Source: a virus (taxonomy: Duplodnaviria > Caudoviricetes). From it: 53,560 nucleotides of DNA. How positions within the stretch are numbered: the stretch's first letter is position 1; every line of letters starts with the position of its first letter. The notes beneath the pieces were generated by a model, which ran no database searches, was not told the DNA's origin, and worked only from the letters and a program-made list of their open reading frames with translations. This document shows positions 18,901 through 27,311 of the stretch, one piece after another. The stretch spans positions 1-53,560 of IMG/VR virus record IMGVR_UViG_3300006754_000025; one strand, 5' to 3'. A program made the translations under genes and the position numbers.

Positions 18901-21900
18901 TGCGATCTTCTTGCGGAGTTCAGCGATGCGATTCTGAATCCAGGTCACCTGTGACCTCGCGTTCATCACGGACGCGCGCGACGAACCGTCGAAGTATTTG
19001 ATTCCGCGAATACCCGCCTTGCGCAATTCGTCCGACGCGGCTACCTTGCCGCCAACGCTCTTTGAGAGGTCGTGGTAAACATCTTTCGCGGGCTTATTCC
19101 AATTCGATTCCAGGTATCGCTTTTGTGCTTCCCAAAACTCAGGACTCCCTTTCGCTGCGATAAACTCGTCGGTGATACCTGAGCCGTCAGGGCCAATCCT
19201 CTCGCGGAACGCCTTCTTCACTACGTCGGATTGCTCAGACAGTGGTAAGTCCCACTTCAAATAATCATCGTCCGCCGGCGCAAGGTCAACTTTATAGAGA
19301 CGACCTGTCCCCTTATCGAGCGAGACATCTCCTTCCTTCAAGTCTGACATGAACCGATATACGTCCTCCTGGTCCGACAATGTCTCTTTCGCTCGCTTCC
19401 AGTCCGCCTCGTCCCACGAAAGATTACCCCACCGCTCGGGATTAACCGGCTTTCCTAGCCGACCCTCTCGCTTCAGCCCGTCGATATGCCGGAACTTGTC
19501 GTCAGCGCGGCGCAAGTCAAGCTCAATCGACTCCATTTGTTTCGCTAACGCGTCGTCGAACGACTGCCCGCCTTCCAGTAACCACGACAGCTGTGTAACA
19601 TGGTCACGTTTCGATCCCCCTAGTACGCGAGTGGCAAGTTCACCTTTGTATTTGACTACTGGACGCGAACTCAACGTGTCCTTGTAATACCGGGCGATGT
19701 CCTCAGTTTCCGTGAAGTACAAACCATGCCCATACGCCGCCGCGCCCTCGCCTGTCCCAATCTTCGACGAGTCAAACTTGTCAAACTCGTGCGGTGACCC
19801 GTGCCATGCGGTTTGATAAAGGATGTCCTCGTGATTGCTGCCATCGACGGACATCATGTTCCCGTATCTTTGAGAATCTGCACGTCCACCAACACTCCCG
19901 GTGGCATCCTCGGACTCGGCGAATAACTTGTACTCGCCATCTGTGGATTTCGTCACCGATGAAGCATCCGGCCAATTGTTCTTGGCACGACTTAAGGCGT
20001 GGCCCGAATTAAGACCCTTGACTTGATCGTAACTGAATGTTCCATCTGGCCATTCCACACGCACGGACTGCACGAACGGGAACCGTTGTTCTTCAAATCC
20101 ACGCAGCTGATAAAGGATGTCACCTGGAATTGCATCGCGCACCGGAACAACCGTCGAGCCTTGTTCTTTGACCATTCCGGTGCGGCCAACAATCAACTCG
20201 TCCTCTGGAACCTGGAACCTGCGAGATTCCCATCCCTCGTCGAAGCTATCCACGACCCACGCGTGGCCACGTTTCGCCCTCTTGGTGCCGGCGTGTTTCA
20301 TCGGCTTACTGAATTGGTAGCCCTCTTTGCCTTTAACTTTGCGCTGGACGGTAGCGTTCCGCTGTACGGGAATATTTGGCTGCTCGTGAAAGAAGTCAGT
20401 GCCGTATTTGAAATCCTGGCCGGCGTAGCCTGACTTCTCTGCCAGCTGCTTAATTAGCGGATGTAACGATTTCCGCTCGTCTCGCGACAACTTGATCGCG
20501 CCCGACTTGATACTGTCCGTTGCCTTGAACGCCCCTTCCTGATCTGTTAGTTGCCGCAAACGCGAATCGCTAACGTCCCACCCCTTACGCAGCAGATCCT
20601 TGAACGAGTCCTGTCGGAACAGGGACGTAGCGTCCCAGGCACCCGCCACGCCATCGTGCTGCAACGCGTCTAGGAGTCGATTGAAGTTGTTGGCTTTGAG
20701 TCCCTTAAGTCTTTCGCGATGCACAGACAACGCGATAATGCCGCCCCACACTTGCTCCTGAATCTGGGCGGGGGCGATGCCCATCTTTTTAGCCACTTCA
20801 CGGAAAACGGCTGCCGACGATGCGTAAAGCCAATTCTTACCAAACTCGCCACCGAGCTTGTAAGCGGCCTTGCCGTCACGTGCGAGCAGCTTTTTCCCGC
20901 CGAACATCAGCATTGACGCTTCCAACCAGTTGGCGGCCCGAGCCATCCATGTGTCTAGCGGAAGCGGATCGTCCTTGCCCTCTGTCGCCCGCTGAAAGTT
21001 GGGTTGCTTCATCCACTCCTCGCTGCCAGCCCTTAATTCACCCGCGTCAGGAGTATTTGAATTCACGACGCGTTTGATGTTCTTGACGTGTGTGCCAGTG
21101 GCTTTGATGACAGGCTCCCCCTTGACTTCGGATATTCCAATCACGCGAGCCCGAACCGCATTCTTGGTTTCGATGAGTAGCTTATCGATCACTGCATCGT
21201 CAGTTGTGTAGTCGCTGGCTTTCCATCTCACGAGGAAATCAAGCGCCAACTGGTCGTGCTTCTCGACGACGGTCTGTGCCGAAAACGCCGAGCGGAGCGC
21301 CGCGAATCGCCTAGCGTCTGCTGTGCCCAACAGGTTCTTGTAGATGGCGGCACCACGCTTGTATTCACCACCGACAGACTCACCAATTTGAGCCAGCGCC
21401 TTGATCGACGTTCGATCCCAAGTGTTGCTGTAGAACATTTCCATCGACTTGAGCGCCGTTGGGTTCTTGTTTGCTATCGCATCCAGTTCCGCGTCACTGT
21501 AATGCGACAACATCTTGAGGTACTTGTTCGCCACCTCTGGTCCCTGCTTCTTCTCCACGTTCAAAGCCGCTCGTTGTGCTTCTTCTGGGATTCGCCTGTA
21601 CGTCGATTTGGCGGCTCGCGTCGCTTTGGGTCCAAGTGTCTCGTTAAACCGCTGGAACAGGGTCTTGCTTCCGCCGATCGCAGAGTCGTTGTCACGCAGC
21701 GCCTTCATGTCGCCGGCTTCTAGCGTGTCCCATGTTACGTCTTCGTAGAACTTACCGGTCGAGTGGTCGAACAGGTCAAACGTCTGCTTTTCGATTTCGT
21801 AACCGGCTCGGCCCTCCAGTTCATCATTGCCAGCTTCATAGATGTCGTCGGCAATCTGTTTCAGTTTCGCTGAATTAAGCCGGAATGTTTCAAGGTTATT

Positions 21901-23877
21901 CCCTGCCATGCGAGTCCATCCGTAGTGACGCGCAGCGTAAAGCCTCGGGTCGACATTGCCGTTGTAACGCGCCATTTCGAGCAACTCAGGCGAATAATTC
22001 TCGACCTCTCGCAACGCCTCGGGGTTGTTGTGTGCGGCTTCCGCGATCATCTCCGACACAGACTGGAAGTCATCGGCGTCGTCAAAACCTAGTTTGTCTG
22101 CGAGGTCGCGGCGAATAGCAGCCAGCGCCAAGACTTCGTGATTGTCGCCGATGGCCCCGTCTGCAAACCGTACACTCCCGCCTTCCAGCCAGAATTCGCC
22201 GCGCAAGTCTCGCTGCTCAAGCGTTCCGGTGCTGGAATGCTTCTTGGTCGCCGCTATCCACCCATCCATCGTGTCGTATATCTCTCCACCCTTGAACGTC
22301 TTGTAGAAATCGTCCGCCGTTCGGCCAGCCTTCGCCATCGCCCACGTTCGCGCGTACGAATCGACCACCGGCATGAAGCCGTCCGATTGTGAACCGTATA
22401 GCTCGCGTGCGGTCTTGGAGAAGAAGTCGCGACCCTCGCCGAACTCCATCGTCTTCCGCCACTGGGCAACGACTGGATTGTCTTTCGGCAGGTACAAAGC
22501 GAACGCCGAGTCGACATCGCCTGTCTCGCGAGTGAATCGCAAAATGTCTTCGGCGACTTTGCCGTACTCCATCTTCCGCCAGGCGCTGGCCTCGTCTGTT
22601 CCGCGACGATGGGTCACGTCTAGGTTAACGTCTGAGCCGTCTGGCATCTTGTAGGCTGGCGCTGCATCCCCAGCCTTGTAACCGATTTCGCGACTCGCCC
22701 CAGTCTCAGGGTTGCGGAAGAAGACAGTCGTTTCGTCATCTGCGATCTTCGTCACCCGACCGTAGTTGTCCAGGTCCGAGGATTTGACCACGTCGCCAAC
22801 CTGCAAGCCGTGCGGGTCCGCCAGCGCGTTGTCCATCTCTGGCCGAAGCCCGAAGACCTCGTCAATGGAATCGCTATACTCGTCAACCGTCTCGCGGAAT
22901 TCCAGCGAAGCCTTGGCGGCGATCTTGTCGTACACACGACGCCTGGCGTCCGCCTTCCGCGCCAACTCCTGGTGATGCTTCTTGAAGAAGCCTTGCGACG
23001 CTGCATCGAATAGTCCGCGACCGGCTCGGGCGACCTTCGTGTTGCTCAGCCAAGCGCCAGCCGTGTCCATCGCTCGGTTGTACGCCATGCCGCGTTTGCC
23101 GGCGGCGCTGCCGAAGTTCTTCACCGGACCGTACAACGGGACATCGACTGACCACGCGCTGGTCAAGGGTGTGTCACCCAACCGCTTACCGTCAACCATC
23201 ATGTTCAGTGCATCAGCCGCGCTGTCGGTTTTGTACTTACGCTTGAGCGTCCCTGTGATGGCGTCGCGACTTGCACTGTCGCCGAATCGCAAGATGTCCT
23301 CGATAGTCGATGTCGCCCTCGCTTCCCGCACCCCGATCTTGCGACCGAGTTTCCCGGCGCCAGCCTTCGCGGCGGCTTTAGCGGTTGCGGCTGCGGCGAT
23401 ACTCGACCCCTTGACTCCCGCCTTGCCGACTAAGCCCAGCGCCTTTGTCGCCGCGCCGAATCCTCCAACATACGTTAACGGGTCAAGCGCTATTTCAACG
23501 CCCAGGCCCCCCCAAAAGTTTCGCCAATTGTCCTCTTTGCCAGCCCAGCCCAGCTCACGCGCCATATCGCGACCGCTGATGCGAGTGTCAGCGGTCGTCA
23601 TGTTCCAAGGCAACCATTGATCAAACGGATTTCGCCCCGATAGCGTGTCGCGAACCGAACTGCCTGGTAAGTCTAGGACGTTGCCAAGCGCAGCCACCGT
23701 TCCCAGTCCTTGGCCCACGAGCGACTGTGTCGCGTCTGATTCTTCATCTGGCGACATAGCCCGTGACTGCGGACGACTACGATACCTACTCTGGTAGGGC
23801 TTCGGTGCAGCAGCCTGCTGCATCAGGCTGCTCATCGTCGGCAGTGCCGGCATCCCCGGCATCGGCAGTCGAGTCAT
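15910..23877 (-). CDS. large polyvalent protein / putative DNA-ejection (internal virion) protein
   Basis: 2655 aa. ART-like WHGSPHEFDKF..IGTGEG..YGHGLYF; zincin IHETSH...EEVFAESF; HhH-glycosylase-like ...DTWMAR...PAQIQEQVW; LPD38-like C-terminus (FDYS...PFYTF...NPMIKAPLEMATG). Confidence 0.8.
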   Translation of the reverse strand: MTRLPMPGMPALPTMSSLMQQAAAPKPYQSRYRSRPQSRAMSPDEESDATQSLVGQGLGTVAALGNVLDLPGSSVRDTLSGRNPFDQWLPWNMTTADTRISGRDMARELGWAGKEDNWRNFWGGLGVEIALDPLTYVGGFGAATKALGLVGKAGVKGSSIAAAATAKAAAKAGAGKLGRKIGVREARATSTIEDILRFGDSASRDAITGTLKRKYKTDSAADALNMMVDGKRLGDTPLTSAWSVDVPLYGPVKNFGSAAGKRGMAYNRAMDTAGAWLSNTKVARAGRGLFDAASQGFFKKHHQELARKADARRRVYDKIAAKASLEFRETVDEYSDSIDEVFGLRPEMDNALADPHGLQVGDVVKSSDLDNYGRVTKIADDETTVFFRNPETGASREIGYKAGDAAPAYKMPDGSDVNLDVTHRRGTDEASAWRKMEYGKVAEDILRFTRETGDVDSAFALYLPKDNPVVAQWRKTMEFGEGRDFFSKTARELYGSQSDGFMPVVDSYARTWAMAKAGRTADDFYKTFKGGEIYDTMDGWIAATKKHSSTGTLEQRDLRGEFWLEGGSVRFADGAIGDNHEVLALAAIRRDLADKLGFDDADDFQSVSEMIAEAAHNNPEALREVENYSPELLEMARYNGNVDPRLYAARHYGWTRMAGNNLETFRLNSAKLKQIADDIYEAGNDELEGRAGYEIEKQTFDLFDHSTGKFYEDVTWDTLEAGDMKALRDNDSAIGGSKTLFQRFNETLGPKATRAAKSTYRRIPEEAQRAALNVEKKQGPEVANKYLKMLSHYSDAELDAIANKNPTALKSMEMFYSNTWDRTSIKALAQIGESVGGEYKRGAAIYKNLLGTADARRFAALRSAFSAQTVVEKHDQLALDFLVRWKASDYTTDDAVIDKLLIETKNAVRARVIGISEVKGEPVIKATGTHVKNIKRVVNSNTPDAGELRAGSEEWMKQPNFQRATEGKDDPLPLDTWMARAANWLEASMLMFGGKKLLARDGKAAYKLGGEFGKNWLYASSAAVFREVAKKMGIAPAQIQEQVWGGIIALSVHRERLKGLKANNFNRLLDALQHDGVAGAWDATSLFRQDSFKDLLRKGWDVSDSRLRQLTDQEGAFKATDSIKSGAIKLSRDERKSLHPLIKQLAEKSGYAGQDFKYGTDFFHEQPNIPVQRNATVQRKVKGKEGYQFSKPMKHAGTKRAKRGHAWVVDSFDEGWESRRFQVPEDELIVGRTGMVKEQGSTVVPVRDAIPGDILYQLRGFEEQRFPFVQSVRVEWPDGTFSYDQVKGLNSGHALSRAKNNWPDASSVTKSTDGEYKLFAESEDATGSVGGRADSQRYGNMMSVDGSNHEDILYQTAWHGSPHEFDKFDSSKIGTGEGAAAYGHGLYFTETEDIARYYKDTLSSRPVVKYKGELATRVLGGSKRDHVTQLSWLLEGGQSFDDALAKQMESIELDLRRADDKFRHIDGLKREGRLGKPVNPERWGNLSWDEADWKRAKETLSDQEDVYRFMSDLKEGDVSLDKGTGRLYKVDLAPADDDYLKWDLPLSEQSDVVKKAFRERIGPDGSGITDEFIAAKGSPEFWEAQKRYLESNWNKPAKDVYHDLSKSVGGKVAASDELRKAGIRGIKYFDGSSRASVMNARSQVTWIQNRIAELRKKIADQPDTAPRLKRLSRMELRYVDQLEKAKQAAKGKNNFVIFDDADVTIQDIFHQGRGNTAKAAVAFNAQKESIFAAFRNAKTGDSSGDLTSFIHETSHIFRRHLADIDPQLLRDAESGVLDQLARAGRLNKATQVVDADGRWTEEAEEVFAESFELYMRSGKSPTRKLERVFKSLKQWLKTLYQGIRSKYLGADGKNIDQLMSPELRKVFDSMLSGDEIANLALRDQTYELAGKLHRGMLKALEPYEEMGGDVSMIDAVSYQYAPRSVDKKLADKLGLGKTREWSVQIDAARARQPAIRTLPAGIVNLLLTDPQVREEGYDYILKKYGRYLDAEFHGKGMGDDIKPNKWWDKDAFTHDGKVYEGVEAHAWAIDEWLKGRKSHEMFTKNLTDDFMRYQKQLARARGNLEAFHETLADPASYINAGDEGFAEAPDIASVFRSTGMTAKEGADGPLKALVHLAEKTQTNVDELAKMRVQPDLADAFVSLQKLNSDPEWFGVIGEGIDKVMRYWKAGVTVGFGTPSFQLRNLVSGQHVNMASGLMETPRDVGDYAKFAKFAKELLNKARKDIKSLTTDDRDLLRELEAYEVLGHGIDTDIFNLRTSKGVVPERARDVRTTWQEQSQWVANNPLFGADASGGKKPWGKLERLRRGLEKIRTAARTGAYTGGKLNQQVEWFNRVPLYLYLKKQGWDPIAAAHKVEELHFDYSRLTPFEKQGMRRLVPFYTFSRRIAPVIWKRLLEKPGGAMGQTVRGYNYAGMEAQRQQEAPLPNYLKDQFTANIGTASDGSPRYLTGGGLAIEDTLGFGPDVRNTLLEGMSRMNPMIKAPLEMATGQSFFQRGPMGPRELASADPPIGRLMSNLGELTGLREEGKGPVKTNQTFELLMSNLPTSRGVTRLRSATDPRKLGSPTDIFYNALNQLTGFRVTDISPAAQTRATREAAFDRLKGMGAGTFKRAFFSADEKEAMPKEERAEAERMQRLISAMQKRNKLLREQREREGR

Positions 23878-23897
23878 TAGGATTCCCTATCACTTCT

Positions 23898-25976
23898 TCA
23901 CTGCATGTATCGATACGACGTGGGCGGTGCCGGCGGCTGCATGCGTCGTCGGTTCTGTCGGTTTGGGTCCCACTTCACCCCGTCATCATCCCAGTACACA
24001 CCGCCGGGAAATATCTGAACATCGTCTGAGTCTGAGTGAGGCACCTGGAAGAGAGGTCGGACAAGGTTGCCCAACCCGCTCGCCATATACTCGCCCAACT
24101 TGTCCCATTTGCCGCCCCTTCGTCCTCTGCCTTGTGGTTGTGGCGCTTGTGGTTGTGGCGCTTGTGGCACGGGCAAAGACGCGTGGTCAGGTGACGGAGG
24201 CTGTGACGGAGGCTGTGACGGAGGCTGTGACGGAGGCCGTGACGGAGGCTGTGACGGAGGCTGTGACGGAGGCTGTGACGGAGGCTGACTACCCTGCGAT
24301 CCGCCGCCGTATTGGACAGGTCCAGGCGGTTGCTGCGACTCGTACTGTTGCTGCAACTCGTCCAGCATGCCCTGGATTTGCGCCTTCGCCTCGGGATCGG
24401 TGGCGTCTTGTAGCGCCCCCATTAAATCCAGCCGCTGTTTGAAATAGTTAGCTTCAGCCTCTCTCCGATCTTTGCCCTTCATGTAATCCTGCCCCCATTT
24501 GAACTCCGCGTCTCTAAAATCGCCCTGCCTATTTCTGTGTGCCTGCTGATTCAGCATCTCCTGTTCCCGAAGCCTGTTGGCCATCATCGCCTGCTGGTTC
24601 TGCATGCCCATGTGCTGGCCTCGCTGTTGCATCGCCGCCAATGCGGTCGCGGTCTTCGTCGGGTCACGCTGCATCGCTCGCATCATCGCCCAGTTACCGA
24701 TGCCGCCTTGGCCGCCGCCTTGGCTGGCCTGCGCCTTCCGCATCGCCATTCGCTGCTGGCGTTGGGCGGATTTCATCTGCGCCTTGGCTCGCACTCCCAC
24801 CTGCCGATCGGCTTTCACCGCACGTCGGTCATGTAGCCGTTTGTTGCGGAGTGCCGCAAGTCGGCCTGCTTCACCGGGCGCACCCATTCGGGTCTTCGCC
24901 TGAACGTCTTTGATCATCGCTCGGCGTCGCTCTGCAGCACGAGCAATCTCGGCGTCACCATCACTCGAGCGGCCCAGCGATAGGTTTCCGCCACGTCCTA
25001 TTGCCGCCGCACCGCTCTTTTCCCCCGGTGCGTAATGTTGGTACATGGACGGAATCTTAAGAGCAACTTCCCGTGCCCTCTCGTCCAGCCCTGTCGTATC
25101 CCACGGGCTGCCCTTCTCGTGCAAGAGCGCTCGGTCTTCACGAGCGAAAGCCGCTGCCTGCGGGTCTTGCTGGCGTTGCGTTCCAGGCACTGGCGGTCCA
25201 CCCTGCGGCATCGGGACACTCCCAACCGGAGCCTCCCACCCAGATCGGTAGCGATTCATGCCACGGTTTCGACCCGCTGACGACTCCCACGTCCCCTGCT
25301 CCTCAATCTCAGCTGGCAGGTTCCGTTGAGCCGCAATATGGGCGCGGCGACCCGCAATAAGGTCTCGCTTGGCCTGGATCGCTGGCGTCGGCGCTTGGCC
25401 GGAGAAGTCGATTGGCTTCTTCTCCAGGCTGGGGCTGCGGTAGGCGTTGAGGATCTCTAAGTTCGACCTGCCGCCACTAGCCGGCGCTCGCTGTGGCCAC
25501 TCAGCGGCTTCACCACGCTCTGGAGTAAGTAGTCCCAAAACACGCGGATCGACAGGCGGTTGACCTGGACTTTGAGGCGGTTGGGCCGGTGGCGGTGATG
25601 CAAACGCATCACGCGGATCGACATATCCAGCCTGAACAGAGGGGACGCCGCCGTACTGCGCTGCCGATTGCGCCAGTATTTGGGGCGTATTCTCTCCGAC
25701 AGCACGCGGGTCACTTTGGGGCGGTGGCGGCAAATCAAACGGCGCAGCAGCCGGTATAGAAGGAGCAGGTGGCGCAGCAGCAGCTACCGGTTGACCGACC
25801 GAGGGCGGACGACCGTTCGGAGTCAGCGGCGGCGCTGCTCCCATCTGCGCCGGATATTGCTGGACCTGGTTGGTCGGCGTCGGCTTTTTTATCGTTGACA
25901 GTTGCGGCGCATTAGTCGCAGCGTACTTTTGCGACCGTCGTTGCGCCCGTCGTTGCGCCCATCGGTTATTACCCAT
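23898..25976 (-). CDS. Pro/Gln-rich putative internal virion (ejection) protein
   Basis: 692 aa, low complexity, Gln/Met-rich helical middle; directly upstream of the polyvalent protein. Confidence 0.6.
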   Translation of the reverse strand: MGNNRWAQRRAQRRSQKYAATNAPQLSTIKKPTPTNQVQQYPAQMGAAPPLTPNGRPPSVGQPVAAAAPPAPSIPAAAPFDLPPPPQSDPRAVGENTPQILAQSAAQYGGVPSVQAGYVDPRDAFASPPPAQPPQSPGQPPVDPRVLGLLTPERGEAAEWPQRAPASGGRSNLEILNAYRSPSLEKKPIDFSGQAPTPAIQAKRDLIAGRRAHIAAQRNLPAEIEEQGTWESSAGRNRGMNRYRSGWEAPVGSVPMPQGGPPVPGTQRQQDPQAAAFAREDRALLHEKGSPWDTTGLDERAREVALKIPSMYQHYAPGEKSGAAAIGRGGNLSLGRSSDGDAEIARAAERRRAMIKDVQAKTRMGAPGEAGRLAALRNKRLHDRRAVKADRQVGVRAKAQMKSAQRQQRMAMRKAQASQGGGQGGIGNWAMMRAMQRDPTKTATALAAMQQRGQHMGMQNQQAMMANRLREQEMLNQQAHRNRQGDFRDAEFKWGQDYMKGKDRREAEANYFKQRLDLMGALQDATDPEAKAQIQGMLDELQQQYESQQPPGPVQYGGGSQGSQPPSQPPSQPPSQPPSRPPSQPPSQPPSQPPSPDHASLPVPQAPQPQAPQPQGRGRRGGKWDKLGEYMASGLGNLVRPLFQVPHSDSDDVQIFPGGVYWDDDGVKWDPNRQNRRRMQPPAPPTSYRYMQ
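24191..24286. repeat. 12-bp tandem repeat GTGACGGAGGCT x8 (encodes SQPP/PPSQ)
   Basis: Eight contiguous units, one with a single T>C change. Confidence 0.95.
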
Positions 25977-25987
25977 CTAACTATTCC

Positions 25988-26389
25988 TTATGCTTCAAAG
26001 CGGTGGATGGCGCAAAGCACTGCCCCGCCACCATTGGATTGCATGCGCAAAGTCGCAGCTGACGCGAATTGGAACAACGCGAACCCACCGATACCGATGG
26101 TCCCGATGTCCTTCATGGTGGTGTCACTTGCACCCCATGTAACTGTGCTGGCTGCGTCAAGATTGACGATCAGAATCCAGCCGTCACCCGAGACATCGCC
26201 GAAGCTGATGTCCTCTTCCGACGTTCCTACACTGACCAACCCAGGATTGCCGCCGCCCGACCCGGTCAGGTCAAACGTCTGCGAACCAGGATTGTAGTCG
26301 AAGTAGAAAGAGTTCTTGGCGACTGTGAATTGAAGGGCGATCGCGATTTCGTCGGCCATCGACGGGCTCCCGTGGTTAGGGAGCGTCAT
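25988..26389 (-). CDS. small beta-rich virion protein
   Basis: 133 aa in the late operon, jelly-roll-like composition. Confidence 0.6.
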   Translation of the reverse strand: MTLPNHGSPSMADEIAIALQFTVAKNSFYFDYNPGSQTFDLTGSGGGNPGLVSVGTSEEDISFGDVSGDGWILIVNLDAASTVTWGASDTTMKDIGTIGIGGFALFQFASAATLRMQSNGGGAVLCAIHRFEA

Positions 26390-26406
26390 TCAGAGTAGGA
26401 CTTTAG

Positions 26407-26434
26407 ATTGTACCGCAATTCGATTATAGCTCAA
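26407..26434 (-). promoter_or_regulatory. internal sigma70-like promoter
   Basis: TTGAGC-16-TACAAT, plus a perfect TATAAT at 26423-26428, in the 55-bp gap upstream of 26389. Confidence 0.45.
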
Positions 26435-26444
26435 CTTCGCTCGC

Positions 26445-27311
26445 TCAACTCCATAGTGCCAAAACCGCCGTCACGTCCGTTTCCGCTGATGGGGATTCCG
26501 CCCATACCGGGATTGGAGGGAACGGCGGCTCGCTCGGCAATTGGAACCAGTCGCCAGTCGTCCGCAGGATCTGACCACTGGTCGCATTAGCGTATATATT
26601 GCCGAGGACGCCTGCTCGGCTCTCCCCATAAATCAACAGGTGGTCATCCATCTGTAGACCAGACCATTTACCCCACCCCGCCGCGCACGACCCCCGTGGG
26701 AGGTGCGGGCCATCGGCGATCAGAAATGACACCGGCTCCCAGGTGACAGAAAGCGCCCAGTACCAGAACCCGTTCGCCAGAATCGACAAGCCGTCATCCC
26801 CCGCCGCTGGCTCAAAAACCCCTTGATAGTTCGTGCCGGCGAAAAAGCCCGTCCACGTCAAATTCGTCCTCGTGATAATCGATGTCCCGGCGAATCGCAT
26901 GCAAAAGCTCGATCCGCTCGGGTCACTTTGGCTTCGCCGCTTACCGAACAAGCCAATTTGATCGCCAGCGTCGACGACGCCGATCAACGGGTATCCCTGA
27001 ACGGGTTGCGAATCGAACAGGCTACTTCCCCCGCTAACTGGACCGAATAACCGCCCCGTGGTCGCCGTCCCCGAATACTGCGACAGAAATGGCACATCGA
27101 ACGTGCATTGACCGTAGCCGCCCGGCTGCATGGTCTTTGGACTATTAAAACAGGTTGTCTCAATGGCATCGTCGCTGACCTGTTGAACCGCAATGACATC
27201 ATCAGCGCCAACGGCGACGTATTCCATCGCCGCATGCGCGTTCAACTCCACGTCGCCAACATTCTGGCAAGGCGCCCATCGTTGTTGGTTGTAGGATGTT
27301 CGCGGTTCCAT
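26445..27311 (-). CDS. tail fibre/receptor-binding paralog 3
   Basis: Shared N-domain QQRW.PC.N...CFN.PK.M..G.YG..TF..P; TAATG coupling gives the start at 27311. Confidence 0.7.
   Translation of the reverse strand: MEPRTSYNQQRWAPCQNVGDVELNAHAAMEYVAVGADDVIAVQQVSDDAIETTCFNSPKTMQPGGYGQCTFDVPFLSQYSGTATTGRLFGPVSGGSSLFDSQPVQGYPLIGVVDAGDQIGLFGKRRSQSDPSGSSFCMRFAGTSIITRTNLTWTGFFAGTNYQGVFEPAAGDDGLSILANGFWYWALSVTWEPVSFLIADGPHLPRGSCAAGWGKWSGLQMDDHLLIYGESRAGVLGNIYANATSGQILRTTGDWFQLPSEPPFPPIPVWAESPSAETDVTAVLALWS

Noticed and set aside
24191-24286. Repeat array as CRISPR
   Set aside because: Units are contiguous 12-mers without spacers and are in frame within a CDS.
23898-25976. The 692-aa protein as the tape measure protein
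   Set aside because: It lies downstream of the tail-tip genes behind a separate promoter-like gap, is Pro-rich at both ends and lacks TMP-like periodicity. An ejection-protein role fits better, though a TMP role is not excluded.
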